Assembly: GCA_963555825.3 (NCBI GenBank)
Contig: CAUVXB020000002.1
Location: 960,001-1,024,000 of the forward strand
Reading direction: 5' to 3'
DNA: 64,000 nt
DNA from: Alphaproteobacteria bacterium
GTDB taxonomy: Bacteria; Pseudomonadota; Alphaproteobacteria; JAAXGF01
A model generated the notes under the pieces. The model searched no databases and was not told where the DNA came from. It saw nothing but the letters and a program-made list of their open reading frames with translations. The position numbers and the translations under genes are program-made. Shown here in pieces: positions 9,207 through 19,378 of the stretch; the stretch's first letter is position 1; every line of letters starts with the position of its first letter.

Positions 9207-10313
9207 GTGATAAGCAATCCTAGAGCATTATTCATCGTCGCCGTTGGCATGACGGCGGCCAGCTTCACCTGCGCCCAGGCCGAGATCTTGATCGCAACGG
9301 CTGGTCCGATGACCGGGCAATACGCTTGGTTTGGCGAGCAATATGCGCGCGGCGCCGAGATGGCGGTGGACGACATCAACGCTGCGGGTGGCGTCCTCGG
9401 CGAGACGGTCAGGATCATTATTGGCGATGACGCCTGCGACCCGGAACAAGCGGTGGCGGTGGCCGACAGTCTGGCGAATGACGGTGTCGTCTTCGTAGCT
9501 GGGCACTATTGCTCTCATTCGTCTATCCCTGCCTCGAAGGTCTATGAGCAAGCCGGCATTCTGATGATCTCGCCGGCCTCCACCAACCCCAAGCTGACCG
9601 ACGAAGGTGGTCCCAACGTGTTTCGAGTCTGCGGCCGCGACGACCTGCAAGGCACGGTCGCCGGCGACTACCTGACGGATCACTGGGGCGACAAGAAGAT
9701 CGCCATCCTGCACGACCAAACGACTTACGGATTGGGCTTGGCCGAGGAGACCCGCAAGCGATTGAACGAGCGGGGCGTTGCGGAGGCAATGTTCGAGGCC
9801 TACGAACCGGGACAGCGCGACTATTCGGCGCTGATCTCCAAGATGCAGTCGGCAGGCATTGATGTCTTCTACGTGGGTGGATACAGCACAGAGGCCGCCC
9901 TTATGCTCCGCCAGGCGCGCCTCGGCGGCTACGAAGTCCAATTGATCTCGGGCGACGCGCTTGCCACTGACGAGTTTTGGATGATCACGGGTCCGGCCGG
10001 TGAAGGCGCCCGCATGACCTTCTTTCCCGATCCGCGCAACAATCCGGGTGCTGCCGAGGTTGTGGAACGATTCCGTACCCGCTACTTCGAGCCCGTAGGC
10101 TATACGCTCTTTGCCTATGGGGCCGTCCAGGTCTGGGCGCAGGCCATCGAGAAGGCCGGAACGCTTGAGCTCGATGCGGTCATCGAAGCCCTCCAAAGCC
10201 ACCAGTACGGTACGGTGTTGGGGCAGATCGGATTCGACGAGAAGGGCGATATCACCACGCCCGGTTTCGTCTGGTACGTCTGGAAGAACGGCGCATACGT
10301 GCTGGCAGAGTAA
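9207..10313 (+). CDS. branched-chain amino acid (LivJ/LivK-like) periplasmic binding protein
   Basis: AGPMTGQYAWFG, DDACDPEQA, GHYCS, ISPASTNPKLT, HDQTTYGLGLA; no ABC permease genes adjacent. Confidence 0.9.
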   Translation: MISNPRALFIVAVGMTAASFTCAQAEILIATAGPMTGQYAWFGEQYARGAEMAVDDINAAGGVLGETVRIIIGDDACDPEQAVAVADSLANDGVVFVAGHYCSHSSIPASKVYEQAGILMISPASTNPKLTDEGGPNVFRVCGRDDLQGTVAGDYLTDHWGDKKIAILHDQTTYGLGLAEETRKRLNERGVAEAMFEAYEPGQRDYSALISKMQSAGIDVFYVGGYSTEAALMLRQARLGGYEVQLISGDALATDEFWMITGPAGEGARMTFFPDPRNNPGAAEVVERFRTRYFEPVGYTLFAYGAVQVWAQAIEKAGTLELDAVIEALQSHQYGTVLGQIGFDEKGDITTPGFVWYVWKNGAYVLAE

Positions 10314-10371
10314 CAGCCAAAAGCAACAAAGACCGCCAGCTGCCGTTCGTTAAGTTGGGGGAGATGACAGC

Positions 10372-13300
10372 ATGCACGATCGCCTCGGAGTCCGAGGGCG
10401 CCTGCTTATGGCGTTCTTCGGGATCAGCGCTTTTGCGGTCCTGGCCGCTGCCGCCGCGATGTACTCCTTCCTCGAGGTCGGCAAGGCTTTGGACAGGATC
10501 ACGCAGCAACGCGTCCCCACGGCCCTGTCGTCCCTCGAGATCTCGCGCCAGGCCGAGCGAATCGTCGCCGTGGCCCCGGCGCTGTTGACAATCAGTACGC
10601 CGACCCAGCGGGAACAACTGTCCGCCAAGATCGCGGCGGAGATCGAACGGCTCGACGCATTGCTCTCGGATCTGCAAGGCAGCAGCAGCGATGCCGCAGT
10701 CCTTGCATTGATTGAGAGTGATGTGGCCCAGTTGGGGAAGAACCTCGAGGCTCTCGACGTCCTGGTCGCCAAGCGGCTCGAGGCCGGGAAGCATAAAAAG
10801 GAGTTGCTCCGCCGACTGTCGCATACCCACAACGCGGCACAGCGGCTCATCACGCCCGGGCTCATGGTCGTCGAAGGGGATCTCTCGCAGTTACGCAAGA
10901 TACTCGGCGATCCCGACCTGAGCGCCGAAGCGCGGGTCTCGGCCTTATCTGGGCTTGTCGATTCGATGGCCGCCTCGCCCCCTCTCCAGAGGGCTCAGAT
11001 CGAAACCTTGAGTATCAACAATACGCTGCTCCGGATCGCCTCGGCGCCGCGACCGGCAGAGGTCGAGATCCTGACCTTTCTCGTCCGGCGGGCGCTTGGC
11101 GTTTTGGAAAACCTGGACGCCGGCATAGGTCCTATGCTGCGTTCGCGCCTGCTGGCGCGGGTTCGCGAGTTTCGAGACCTCGTCGACGGACCCGACAGCA
11201 TCCTTAAAGCGCGCCAGCACGAACTCGCTATCCTGGCCGACAGCGAACGGCTCCTCGGCGAGAACGCCGCGCTGTCGGCCGAGCTGACCGAGGCGGTCGA
11301 CTTGCTGGTGACGGGCGCCAATCGCGATATCGTCCAAGCGAACCTCGAGGCGCTGTCCGTGCAGCGCATCAGCACCGCCGTGCTGATCGCGGTAGTCGCG
11401 CTCAGCCTGATCAGCTCGACCCTGATCGTCTGGCTCTACGTCGGGCGCAACCTGATCGCCCGCCTGACAGCGATGAGCGGCAGCATGCTGGCCATCGCTG
11501 GCGGCCAATTGAACACAAGCATCCCAGCGGCTGGTTCCGACGAGATCGGCGATATGGGCAAAGCGCTCGCCGTGTTCCGCGACACCGCGATCGAAGTCAA
11601 AGAGACCAACCTGCGCGAGATCCGCGAGGCCCGGCAACGCTTGATCGACGCGATCGAGTCGATCTCCGAGGGCTTCTCGTTTTACGATTCCGAGGACCGC
11701 CTCGTGGTCTCGAATACCCGCTATCGGGAACTCCTTTATCCGGATGCCGAGGACACGGTCGAGCAGGGCACCCCCTTCGAGACTGTCATCCGCAAGGCGG
11801 CCGAGAAGGGCTACATCGAGGGCGCAGAGGGTCGGATAGACGAATGGCTGTCCGAACGACTGGCGCAGCACCGCAACCCGGGCCAGCCGCAACTGCAGCG
11901 CCGCGCCGACGGCCGCTGGATCCAGATCAGCGAACGCAAAACCGAAGACGGCGGCACCGTCGCGGTCTACACGGACGTCACCGAACTGAGATGGGCCGAA
12001 GAGGCAATGCGCGAAAGCCAGCAGTTCTTAGGTACGTTGGTCGATAACATTCCCGCCATAATACATTTCAGGGACCTCGACGGCCGCTACATACGGGTCA
12101 ACCGCAAGTATGAGGAGGTGTACCAAGTCACCGACGAGTCGATTCGCGGAAAGACCCTCTACGACGTATTCCCAAGAGACCAGGCTGACGATTTCACGGC
12201 CTATGATCGTGAGGCCATCGAGCAGCGCCGGGTCCTCACGCGGGAAGAAACTTACGTGCAACAAGGCGTGAAGCATATTTTCGACGCCTTGAAGTTTCCG
12301 ATCCTGGATGCTTCCGGCAAGGTTATTGCCGTCGGCGGCGTCGATGTCGACATCACCGAGCGCAAGCGGGCCGAGGCGGAGCTGCAAGAGGCTTCCCGCA
12401 TCATCAAGGACCAGAAGGAGAGGATGGAGTCCGAGTTGAACGTTGGTCGCGAAATTCAGATGAGTATGATCCCGCTCAAAATTCCGCCCTTCCCCGATCA
12501 CAACGAATTCTCCATCTATGCGGCGCTGGAACCGGCCCGCGAGGTTGGCGGCGATTTCTACGATTACTATTTCCTCGATGAAGGGAGGCTCTGTTTTTGT
12601 GTCGGTGACGTATCCGGAAAGGGGGTGCCATCAGCATTGTTCATGGCCGTCACCAAGACCCTGATCAAATCGCGGGCCGTCGACGATTTCTCCACCGCCA
12701 GCATTTTGACACACGTGAACGCGGAGCTGAGTGCCGACATTAAGTCCAGCATGTTCGTGACGATTTTCCTGGGAATCTTGGATATCCGATCGGGCGAGTT
12801 CGTCTACACGAACGCCGGACACAATCCGCCCTATTTGAGACGAAAAGGCGGCTCCCTGCAGCGTCTCGACGTTCGCCACGGACCGGTGATCGGGGCAGTC
12901 ACCGGATTGATCTACCGGGAGGATACCGACACCATGACCCCCGGAGATATGTTGTTCATGTACACTGATGGCGTTACCGAAGAAAGGAATGCCGACAGAG
13001 AGCTGTTTTCGGAGAAGAGATTGGTGAGTGTACTGGCGTCCACGACTGTGGATTCGGTCGAAAACGCGGTTCGGGATACCATCGCCGCGATCAAGGACTT
13101 CCGGGGTGACGTCAATCAAGAAGACGACATTACCGTGTTGGCGGTGCAGTTCCACGGAAGTTCGGTGCATGACCCGATCGCGGTGTTCCACATCATGGTT
13201 CGCAACGATTCGTGCGAGATCGCCAGAGTCAATCAGGAGTTCCAGAAGTTTGCCGAAGAACACGGGATCCCGGTCGATGTCGGTCGGAGAATAAACATCC

Positions 13301-13590
13301 TATTCGACGATCTCCTGAGCAACGTGATTTCCTATGCGTTCCCCGATGATGCATCACACGAAATCGAGATCGGGGCAGAGCTCGCCACCAACCGGCTGAC
13401 GGTGACCATCTCAGACGACGGAATCCCGTTCAATCCCCTGGGTGCCGGTACGCCGGATACAAGCCTGTCCCTGGACAAACGCGCCATGGGCGATCTAGGA
13501 ATCCACTTGATTCGGCATTTGGTCGACGACATGTCGTACCAACGCCGAAACGAGAGGAACGTGTTGACCCTGGTCAAACACATTGAATGA
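10372..13590 (+). CDS. membrane sensor: TorS-like periplasmic domain, HAMP, two PAS, PP2C (SpoIIE/RsbU) phosphatase, RsbW-like HATPase
   Basis: Two TM segments; DEIGDMGKAL HAMP; PAS motifs; EVGGDFYD, GDVSGKG, NAGH, YTDGVTE, DDIT PP2C motifs; C-terminal ISDDGIPFNPL..LGIHLI. Confidence 0.9.
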   Translation: MHDRLGVRGRLLMAFFGISAFAVLAAAAAMYSFLEVGKALDRITQQRVPTALSSLEISRQAERIVAVAPALLTISTPTQREQLSAKIAAEIERLDALLSDLQGSSSDAAVLALIESDVAQLGKNLEALDVLVAKRLEAGKHKKELLRRLSHTHNAAQRLITPGLMVVEGDLSQLRKILGDPDLSAEARVSALSGLVDSMAASPPLQRAQIETLSINNTLLRIASAPRPAEVEILTFLVRRALGVLENLDAGIGPMLRSRLLARVREFRDLVDGPDSILKARQHELAILADSERLLGENAALSAELTEAVDLLVTGANRDIVQANLEALSVQRISTAVLIAVVALSLISSTLIVWLYVGRNLIARLTAMSGSMLAIAGGQLNTSIPAAGSDEIGDMGKALAVFRDTAIEVKETNLREIREARQRLIDAIESISEGFSFYDSEDRLVVSNTRYRELLYPDAEDTVEQGTPFETVIRKAAEKGYIEGAEGRIDEWLSERLAQHRNPGQPQLQRRADGRWIQISERKTEDGGTVAVYTDVTELRWAEEAMRESQQFLGTLVDNIPAIIHFRDLDGRYIRVNRKYEEVYQVTDESIRGKTLYDVFPRDQADDFTAYDREAIEQRRVLTREETYVQQGVKHIFDALKFPILDASGKVIAVGGVDVDITERKRAEAELQEASRIIKDQKERMESELNVGREIQMSMIPLKIPPFPDHNEFSIYAALEPAREVGGDFYDYYFLDEGRLCFCVGDVSGKGVPSALFMAVTKTLIKSRAVDDFSTASILTHVNAELSADIKSSMFVTIFLGILDIRSGEFVYTNAGHNPPYLRRKGGSLQRLDVRHGPVIGAVTGLIYREDTDTMTPGDMLFMYTDGVTEERNADRELFSEKRLVSVLASTTVDSVENAVRDTIAAIKDFRGDVNQEDDITVLAVQFHGSSVHDPIAVFHIMVRNDSCEIARVNQEFQKFAEEHGIPVDVGRRINILFDDLLSNVISYAFPDDASHEIEIGAELATNRLTVTISDDGIPFNPLGAGTPDTSLSLDKRAMGDLGIHLIRHLVDDMSYQRRNERNVLTLVKHIE

Positions 13591-13631
13591 CGGGACCTTG
13601 TAGCGCGGTATCAGTCTAGGGCTTCGGAAGG

Positions 13632-15081
13632 GGCGATGTCCCTATCTCTGTTGAAATTCGTGGGGCAGGCGTCGCTGGTTGATGATGCTATGCTGCCTTC
13701 ATGATGGTTTCAATGGCACTGTCGGCCTGAGCCTTTCTCAAGTGTTCCTGGAGAGCATTTCGGAGGATGGGCAGCTGACGATAGGCCTTGAGGCGACGGA
13801 AGGTTTTCTGGGCCTCCAGCAGGCCGGCGGCGGTCCATCTGAGCGCCATCTCGGCGTGTCTCCAGCGTTTGACGTTGCGGGTGACCTGGCGCACCGTGCC
13901 GAGCGCGTTCTCGACGATGTTGGTGCAGGCGAGCGAGCGCCGGAGTTCGTGCGGCAGGCCGAGGCGGATGACGGTGAGGATCTCGTCCAGCCCCTCCAGG
14001 ATGCTGCCCGAGACGCCCGGTTCCTCATGCTCCAGACGCCGGGCCAGGTTGCGCAGCAGCCGTTCGGCCTTGTCTGCGTCGTCCTGGTCCCAGGCCTGAC
14101 GGAGCGCCTTCTTGACGCTCGCATGCAAATGCAGGGGCAGGCGCTCGATGATGTTACGGCCCTTGTGGACCTGGCAGCGCTGGATGGCGGCGGCCACACC
14201 GAAGGTGTTGCGGATCGCTTTGCTGAGCGCCTTCGCGCCATCGACGATGAACAGCCGGGGCAGCGTCGGATCGAGCCCCCTGGCGAGGAGATTGTCGAGC
14301 AAGGCCTGGACGACGACAGTGTTCTCCGTCGCCCCCTCGACCACGGCCAGGACATGCTTGTCGCCGTTGCCATCGACGCCGATCGCCGCCACCAAGACAT
14401 GGTCGCCGACATGCAGACCGTCGATCTGGATGACCAGCAGGTCGAGCTCCGAGAGGTCCGAGGCGAGCCAGGCCTTCATCTTCTTGCGCGACAGCGCCAC
14501 AAAGCGCCGGGAAACGGCCGACTTCGAGGTGCCGTCGCCACGCGCTTTCGCCAGGTCGCCCTCGGGCAGACGGACCGCGCGGTGGTACTTGCGGGTCGAC
14601 ACGTTCAGGACCATCAGGTTGAGCGCCCACTCGAGCAACAGGTTGCCGTCGCGCAGCACCTGCCAGCTCTCCAAACCCACCTCCTTGCCAGCATGGTCGC
14701 GAACCCGTGGCCGCTGCACTTTCACGCGGCCGCCGTGGTAGCCGATCTCGCTCTGCGTATGGCCCCAGCGATAACCCCGACGGTTCCCATGGCGACGATG
14801 TCGGGCCCCGCACACGGTCGTGGCGTCCTCCTCCATCATCTCGGCCAAGGCCTCGACCCCGGCCAGGAGACAGAACCGATCCACGCTGAGACGGACTGCG
14901 TCCATCGCGTCTGCCAGCGGCGGCATAGGAAACGAGGTGGCAAGGGCTTTCGGGCTACTGGAACTACGGATATTCTTTCCCATGGTGTCGTTCTCCCTCT
15001 TGGGTTTGCAGCACCCGGAGCCTAACGGCTCCAGGAGAGCGACACCTACCTCAACTTTTCAACATCGACCGGGACATCTCC
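13632..15081 (-). mobile_element. IS256-family element
   Basis: Ends GGCGATGTCCC / GGGACATCTCC; 8-bp TSD TCGGAAGG (13624-13631, 15082-15089). Confidence 0.92.
13688..14983 (-). CDS. IS256-family transposase
   Basis: IQIDG, IVDGAKALSKAI, QRCQVHKGRN, TNIVEN mutator-type motifs. Confidence 0.92.
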   Translation of the reverse strand: MGKNIRSSSSPKALATSFPMPPLADAMDAVRLSVDRFCLLAGVEALAEMMEEDATTVCGARHRRHGNRRGYRWGHTQSEIGYHGGRVKVQRPRVRDHAGKEVGLESWQVLRDGNLLLEWALNLMVLNVSTRKYHRAVRLPEGDLAKARGDGTSKSAVSRRFVALSRKKMKAWLASDLSELDLLVIQIDGLHVGDHVLVAAIGVDGNGDKHVLAVVEGATENTVVVQALLDNLLARGLDPTLPRLFIVDGAKALSKAIRNTFGVAAAIQRCQVHKGRNIIERLPLHLHASVKKALRQAWDQDDADKAERLLRNLARRLEHEEPGVSGSILEGLDEILTVIRLGLPHELRRSLACTNIVENALGTVRQVTRNVKRWRHAEMALRWTAAGLLEAQKTFRRLKAYRQLPILRNALQEHLRKAQADSAIETIMKAA

Positions 15082-15097
15082 TCGGAAGGATGGCGCC

Positions 15098-15430
15098 ATG
15101 ATACTCACGGTTGGTGATACTGGCGAGGTGAAGATCGTTCGGATCGAAGGAGAACTGAACACCCTGACCTCTCCGGACGCCGAGGCCCAGCTGACTCAGC
15201 TCATTGACGCGGGGGCGAGGAAGATCGTCGTCAACTTCGAACGGCTCGACTACATTTCGAGTGCGGGCTTGTATATATTGCTGGCGACGGCCAAGCAGTT
15301 ACAGGTAAGTGGCGGAGAGCTGCGGGTATGTAACCTGAATGACCTCGTGCGGGAGGTCTTCGAAATGTCCGGGTTCGATTCGATCGTGTCGGTTTCAAAG
15401 AACGAGGCCAAGGCGCTAAAGGGATTCTGA
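15098..15430 (+). CDS. STAS-domain anti-sigma factor antagonist (RsbV-like)
   Basis: LDYISSAGL phosphorylatable Ser motif; VREVFEMSGF. Confidence 0.92.
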   Translation: MILTVGDTGEVKIVRIEGELNTLTSPDAEAQLTQLIDAGARKIVVNFERLDYISSAGLYILLATAKQLQVSGGELRVCNLNDLVREVFEMSGFDSIVSVSKNEAKALKGF

Positions 15431-15607
15431 AATTTCTGGGAAATTTCTGGTTAAAACCCACCGACTGGCAAGATGCCGTTGGATGATGTGGATCGCGGGC
15501 TCCGTTGACCGAGGGGCGAGTGTTTCGTGCACGGTCGTCACTGAACACCGCTGCACGTCAGTCGCCAAGGCCGGGGAACCGACGAACAACGCCGCAAGGG
15601 CTTCAAT

Positions 15608-15678
15608 CTCTCCCTCGGGTCGCCAACGGACACCACTGATTGTTGCATTTAGTGTCCGCTGGCGAGCGGACATCGGAC
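15608..15678. repeat. pair of GTC...GAC-family units
   Basis: Degenerate 24-nt unit with GGGTC core (15608-15631), 22-nt spacer, 25-nt unit GTCCGCTGGCGAGCGGACATCGGAC (15654-15678). Confidence 0.6.
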
Positions 15679-15731
15679 TTCCGGGGGCTCACGCCGGCGT
15701 TCATGCAGCGGAGGAAACGCGATCACGCCGC

Positions 15732-16400
15732 TCAGACGTGGGCGTCGCGCGCCTGTTGGATGCCGGCGGTCATCCAGTAGACCTGCGCGCCGGCCGCCGC
15801 GAAGGGCAGCAGCAGCCACAGGCCGTCGACGATGGCGAGCGCCAGCACGATGAAGCAGAAATCGGCCCGGCTGATTTCACGGATAGCGTACATCAGCTTG
15901 CCGGCGAGCGAATCGTCGGTCGTCGTTCGTGGCGCGGCGGTGGCGCTCTCGGGCACGCCGTCGCGCCGATCGAGATAGAGCACGACCAGATAGTTGATCG
16001 TCGCGCCGGCGCCCGCGGCGGCGCCCAGCCAGAGCCACATATCGTTGCCCGAGCGCGCCGCCTCGCCCCAGCCCAGCGCCGGGAAGAAGGTCGCGTGCAC
16101 CAGCCAATCGACGAAGGTGTCGAAATGCATGCCGAAGGTCGACTGCAGGCCCTTGAGGCGCGCGATCTCGCCGTCGATGTTGTCGAGCAGGTAACAAAGC
16201 ACCAAGAGCCCGCCGCCGGCCACCGCGAGACCGTATGCGCCCCGCATGACGCACCAGTTGCACGCCATGCCGACGGCGAGCGACGCCGTGGTGATCTGGT
16301 TCGGCGTAACCGGCAGGCGCGCGACCGGCGGTGTGATACGCCACGACAGGTGGCGGATCAGGGGGAACAGGCTGTCGGGCGGCGCCGTTCGCTCGCTCAT
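15732..16400 (-). CDS. CDP-alcohol phosphatidyltransferase family protein
   Basis: TPNQIT and DNIDGEIARLKGLQSTFGMHFDTFVD signature; start MSERTAPP. Confidence 0.9.
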   Translation of the reverse strand: MSERTAPPDSLFPLIRHLSWRITPPVARLPVTPNQITTASLAVGMACNWCVMRGAYGLAVAGGGLLVLCYLLDNIDGEIARLKGLQSTFGMHFDTFVDWLVHATFFPALGWGEAARSGNDMWLWLGAAAGAGATINYLVVLYLDRRDGVPESATAAPRTTTDDSLAGKLMYAIREISRADFCFIVLALAIVDGLWLLLPFAAAGAQVYWMTAGIQQARDAHV

Positions 16401-16435
16401 CGTCGTATCGTCATGCCCGGCCCCCGCATGCCGGG

Positions 16436-17872
16436 CTAGAGCGCCTTCGAGCGCACCACGATCATCTTCTCGATCTGCATGTCGTGCACGGTGTGGTGGA
16501 TGCCGCCGACGCCGTGGCCCGACTGACCGAGCCCGGCGAAGGGCATCCAGTCGACCCGGAAGGCGGTGTGGTCGTTGACCATCACGGCGCTCGCGTTGAG
16601 CTGGCTGTAGCAGTGCAGCGCGGTGTCGATGTCGCGCGTGCAGACCGCCGCCTGGAAGGCGAACGGCAGCGCGTTGGCGCGGCCGATCGCCTCGTCGATG
16701 TCGTCGAAGGGGTAGACGCAGATGACCGGGCCGAAGATCTCGTTGGTGCTGACGCGCGCATCGGCCGGCGGGTCGTAGAGCACGGTGCATTGATAGCAGC
16801 TGTCCGAGACCTTGGCGCCGCCCGAAATCAGCTCCCCGCCACCATCGACCGCCTCGCGCACCCATTCGTCGACCCGGTCGACCTCGGCCGGGCGGATCAG
16901 CGGGCCGACTTCCGTTCCGGCGTCGGTCGGATCGCCGATCGTCATGGCGTCGCCGTGCCCAGCCAGGCGTTGGGCGACGTCGCGCGCGATCGAGCGCTCG
17001 GCGAAGACGCGCTGCACCGACACGCAGACCTGGCCGGCGTGGTAGAAGCCGCCCTTGGCGAGCACCGGCATCATATCGTCCAAATCGGCGTCGGCGGCGA
17101 CGATGACCGGCGCCGCGCCGCCGTGCTCGAGCGCGCAGCGGGCGCCCGGCGCGAGCTGCGAACGCAGCATCCAGCCGACCCGCGCGCTGCCGATGAAGCT
17201 GAAGAAATTGACCCGTGGATCGGTGACAAGAGCGGTCGCGACGTCGCGTCCCTGGGTCACCGTTACCTGGCACCATTCCTCGGGCAGCCCCGCCTCGCGC
17301 AGGATCTCGACGAAGCGGATGCACGACAGCGGCGTCACCTCGGCCGGCTTGACGACGACCGGGCAGCCGGTGGCGACGGCCGGGCCGACCTGGTGGACGA
17401 TCAGGTTGAGCGGGTGGTTGAACGCTGAGACCGCGACGACGACGCCGATCGGCTCGAGCCGGGTCGCCGCCATGCGCCCGGCCGAGGCCGGGTTGAGGTT
17501 CATCGGGATCTCGGTGCCGTGCTGGGTGCGCAGCGTCTCGATGCACAGCTTGACGCCGTCGATGGCGCGCACCACCTCGACCCGCGAATCGATCAGCGGC
17601 TTGCCGCCTTCGCGCGCCGCCTCGATGGCCAGGTGCTCGGCGCGCTCGGCCATGATCGCGGCGGCGCGCTCGAGGATCTCGGTGCGGCGGTGCGGGCTCA
17701 GCCAGCCGGCGCGGTCGCGGAACAGGCGGTGCGCGGTAGCCAGCGCCGTGTCGACGGCGTCGGCGTCGGCGGTGTCGACCGTGGCGATGGGCGCGTCGTC
17801 GTAGGGCGCGGTGACCGCGACATTGCCTGTGGCGGTCGCGCCGGGAACCATCAATGCGTAGTGCTTAGTCAC
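16436..17872 (-). CDS. aldehyde dehydrogenase
   Basis: AFNHPLN, KPAEVTP, FIGS, LEHGG, GQVCVS catalytic Cys, EIFGPV. Confidence 0.93.
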   Translation of the reverse strand: MTKHYALMVPGATATGNVAVTAPYDDAPIATVDTADADAVDTALATAHRLFRDRAGWLSPHRRTEILERAAAIMAERAEHLAIEAAREGGKPLIDSRVEVVRAIDGVKLCIETLRTQHGTEIPMNLNPASAGRMAATRLEPIGVVVAVSAFNHPLNLIVHQVGPAVATGCPVVVKPAEVTPLSCIRFVEILREAGLPEEWCQVTVTQGRDVATALVTDPRVNFFSFIGSARVGWMLRSQLAPGARCALEHGGAAPVIVAADADLDDMMPVLAKGGFYHAGQVCVSVQRVFAERSIARDVAQRLAGHGDAMTIGDPTDAGTEVGPLIRPAEVDRVDEWVREAVDGGGELISGGAKVSDSCYQCTVLYDPPADARVSTNEIFGPVICVYPFDDIDEAIGRANALPFAFQAAVCTRDIDTALHCYSQLNASAVMVNDHTAFRVDWMPFAGLGQSGHGVGGIHHTVHDMQIEKMIVVRSKAL

Positions 17873-18170
17873 GGGAACCTCCCCCCAAACCGATCGTTAT
17901 TGTATTGCGGCACCGTCCGATGCCGCGCGATTGACGCAAGACTAACCCGACATCCACGCACGCCCAAGGCCCGAGTGCAAGGCGTTGACCCACGCCTGCG
18001 AATTTTGCGCTAGGCTCGGCGACGCGAGACCTAGAGCATTGTACGGTCACCTTTACCGCGTAAAACTGACCTGCGCTCAATCGCCGCGCATGCTTTCGCC
18101 GAACGGTCGGCGGCCCGCAGTCGCGGGCTGGTATAATCCGACCGAGATCAATCGATCGGATTATGCGCTA

Positions 18171-19349
18171 GTGTCCTGATCGATAAATTGATATGATTAT
18201 GTCTCTATTTGTTTTTAGGAGGCGCGATTGATGGCGAGAGTGGCGGTGACGATCTCTTTGAGCGATGACGAGCGCGCCGAATTGGAGGCGCTGTCTCGTC
18301 GTCGCAAGACGTCGCAGGGGCTTGCGCGGCGGGCTCGGATCGTCTTGGCGGCGGCGGAAGGGTTGGAGAACAAGGAGATCGCCGTTCGTCTCGAGGCGAG
18401 CGCGGACACCGTGGGCAAGTGGCGTCGCCGCTATGCGGCGGAGGGCCTCGACGGTCTGTACGACGAACCCCGCCCCGGCGCGCCGCGTCAAATCGGCGAT
18501 GACGCCATCGCGGAAGCGGTCCGGCTGACGCTGGAAGAGACGCCGCCGGACGCGACCCATTGGAGCCTTCGCTCGATGGCGCGGGCGAGCGGCCACGCGC
18601 CCTCGACCATTCATCGCATCTGGCGGGCCTTCGGCTTGCAGCCGCATCGCTCGGAGACCTTCAAGCTGTCGAGCGATCCCTTCTTCGTGGAGAAGGTCCG
18701 CGACATCGTCGGTCTGTATTTGGCGCCGCCGGATCGTGCCCTGGTTCTCTGTGTCGACGAAAAGAGCCAGATCCAGGCCCTGGACCGTTCCCAGCCCCTC
18801 TTGCCGATGCGCCCCGGGCAGGCGGAGCGGCGCAGCCACGACTACAAGCGCCACGGCACGACCTCTCTCTTCGCGGCCCTCGACATCGCCACGGGAGAGA
18901 TCATCGGCAAATGTTTCCCGCGCCATCGGGCCCGAGAGTTCCGCAAATTCCTCGACCTCGTCGAGGCGAACGTCCCTGCTGATCTCGACATCCACATCGT
19001 CATGGACAACTACGGGACCCACAAGACCAAGGCGATCCGCGACTGGTTCGCCAAACGGCCGCGCTGGCAGGCCCATTTCACACCCACCAGCGCCTCCTGG
19101 CTGAACCAGGTCGAGCGCTGGTTCGGGCTGCTGACCGACAAGCAGATCAGGCGCGGCGTCCATCGCTCCACCAAGGAGTTGGAGCGCACCATCCTCGACT
19201 ACATCGACACGACAAACCAGAACCCCAAACCCTTCAAATGGACCAAATCCGCCGATGACATCCTCGGCGCCATCCAGCGCTTCTGCCTCCGAACAATCGA
19301 AATCGCTGAACAGCAGGCGAAAATCATGCGAACTTCGGAATCGGGACAC
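18171..19349 (+). mobile_element. IS630-family element (copy 1)
   Basis: GTGTCC...GGACAC ends within duplicated TA (CTAG target); 1179 bp; matches 60638-61816. Confidence 0.93.
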
Positions 19350-19352
19350 TAG
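18228..19352 (+). CDS. IS630-family transposase
   Basis: [37 protein letters not shown]; the stop TAG is supplied by the target site. Confidence 0.95.
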   Translation: MMARVAVTISLSDDERAELEALSRRRKTSQGLARRARIVLAAAEGLENKEIAVRLEASADTVGKWRRRYAAEGLDGLYDEPRPGAPRQIGDDAIAEAVRLTLEETPPDATHWSLRSMARASGHAPSTIHRIWRAFGLQPHRSETFKLSSDPFFVEKVRDIVGLYLAPPDRALVLCVDEKSQIQALDRSQPLLPMRPGQAERRSHDYKRHGTTSLFAALDIATGEIIGKCFPRHRAREFRKFLDLVEANVPADLDIHIVMDNYGTHKTKAIRDWFAKRPRWQAHFTPTSASWLNQVERWFGLLTDKQIRRGVHRSTKELERTILDYIDTTNQNPKPFKWTKSADDILGAIQRFCLRTIEIAEQQAKIMRTSESGH

Positions 19353-19378
19353 CGTTCGATGGTCAGGAGACCGCGCCG

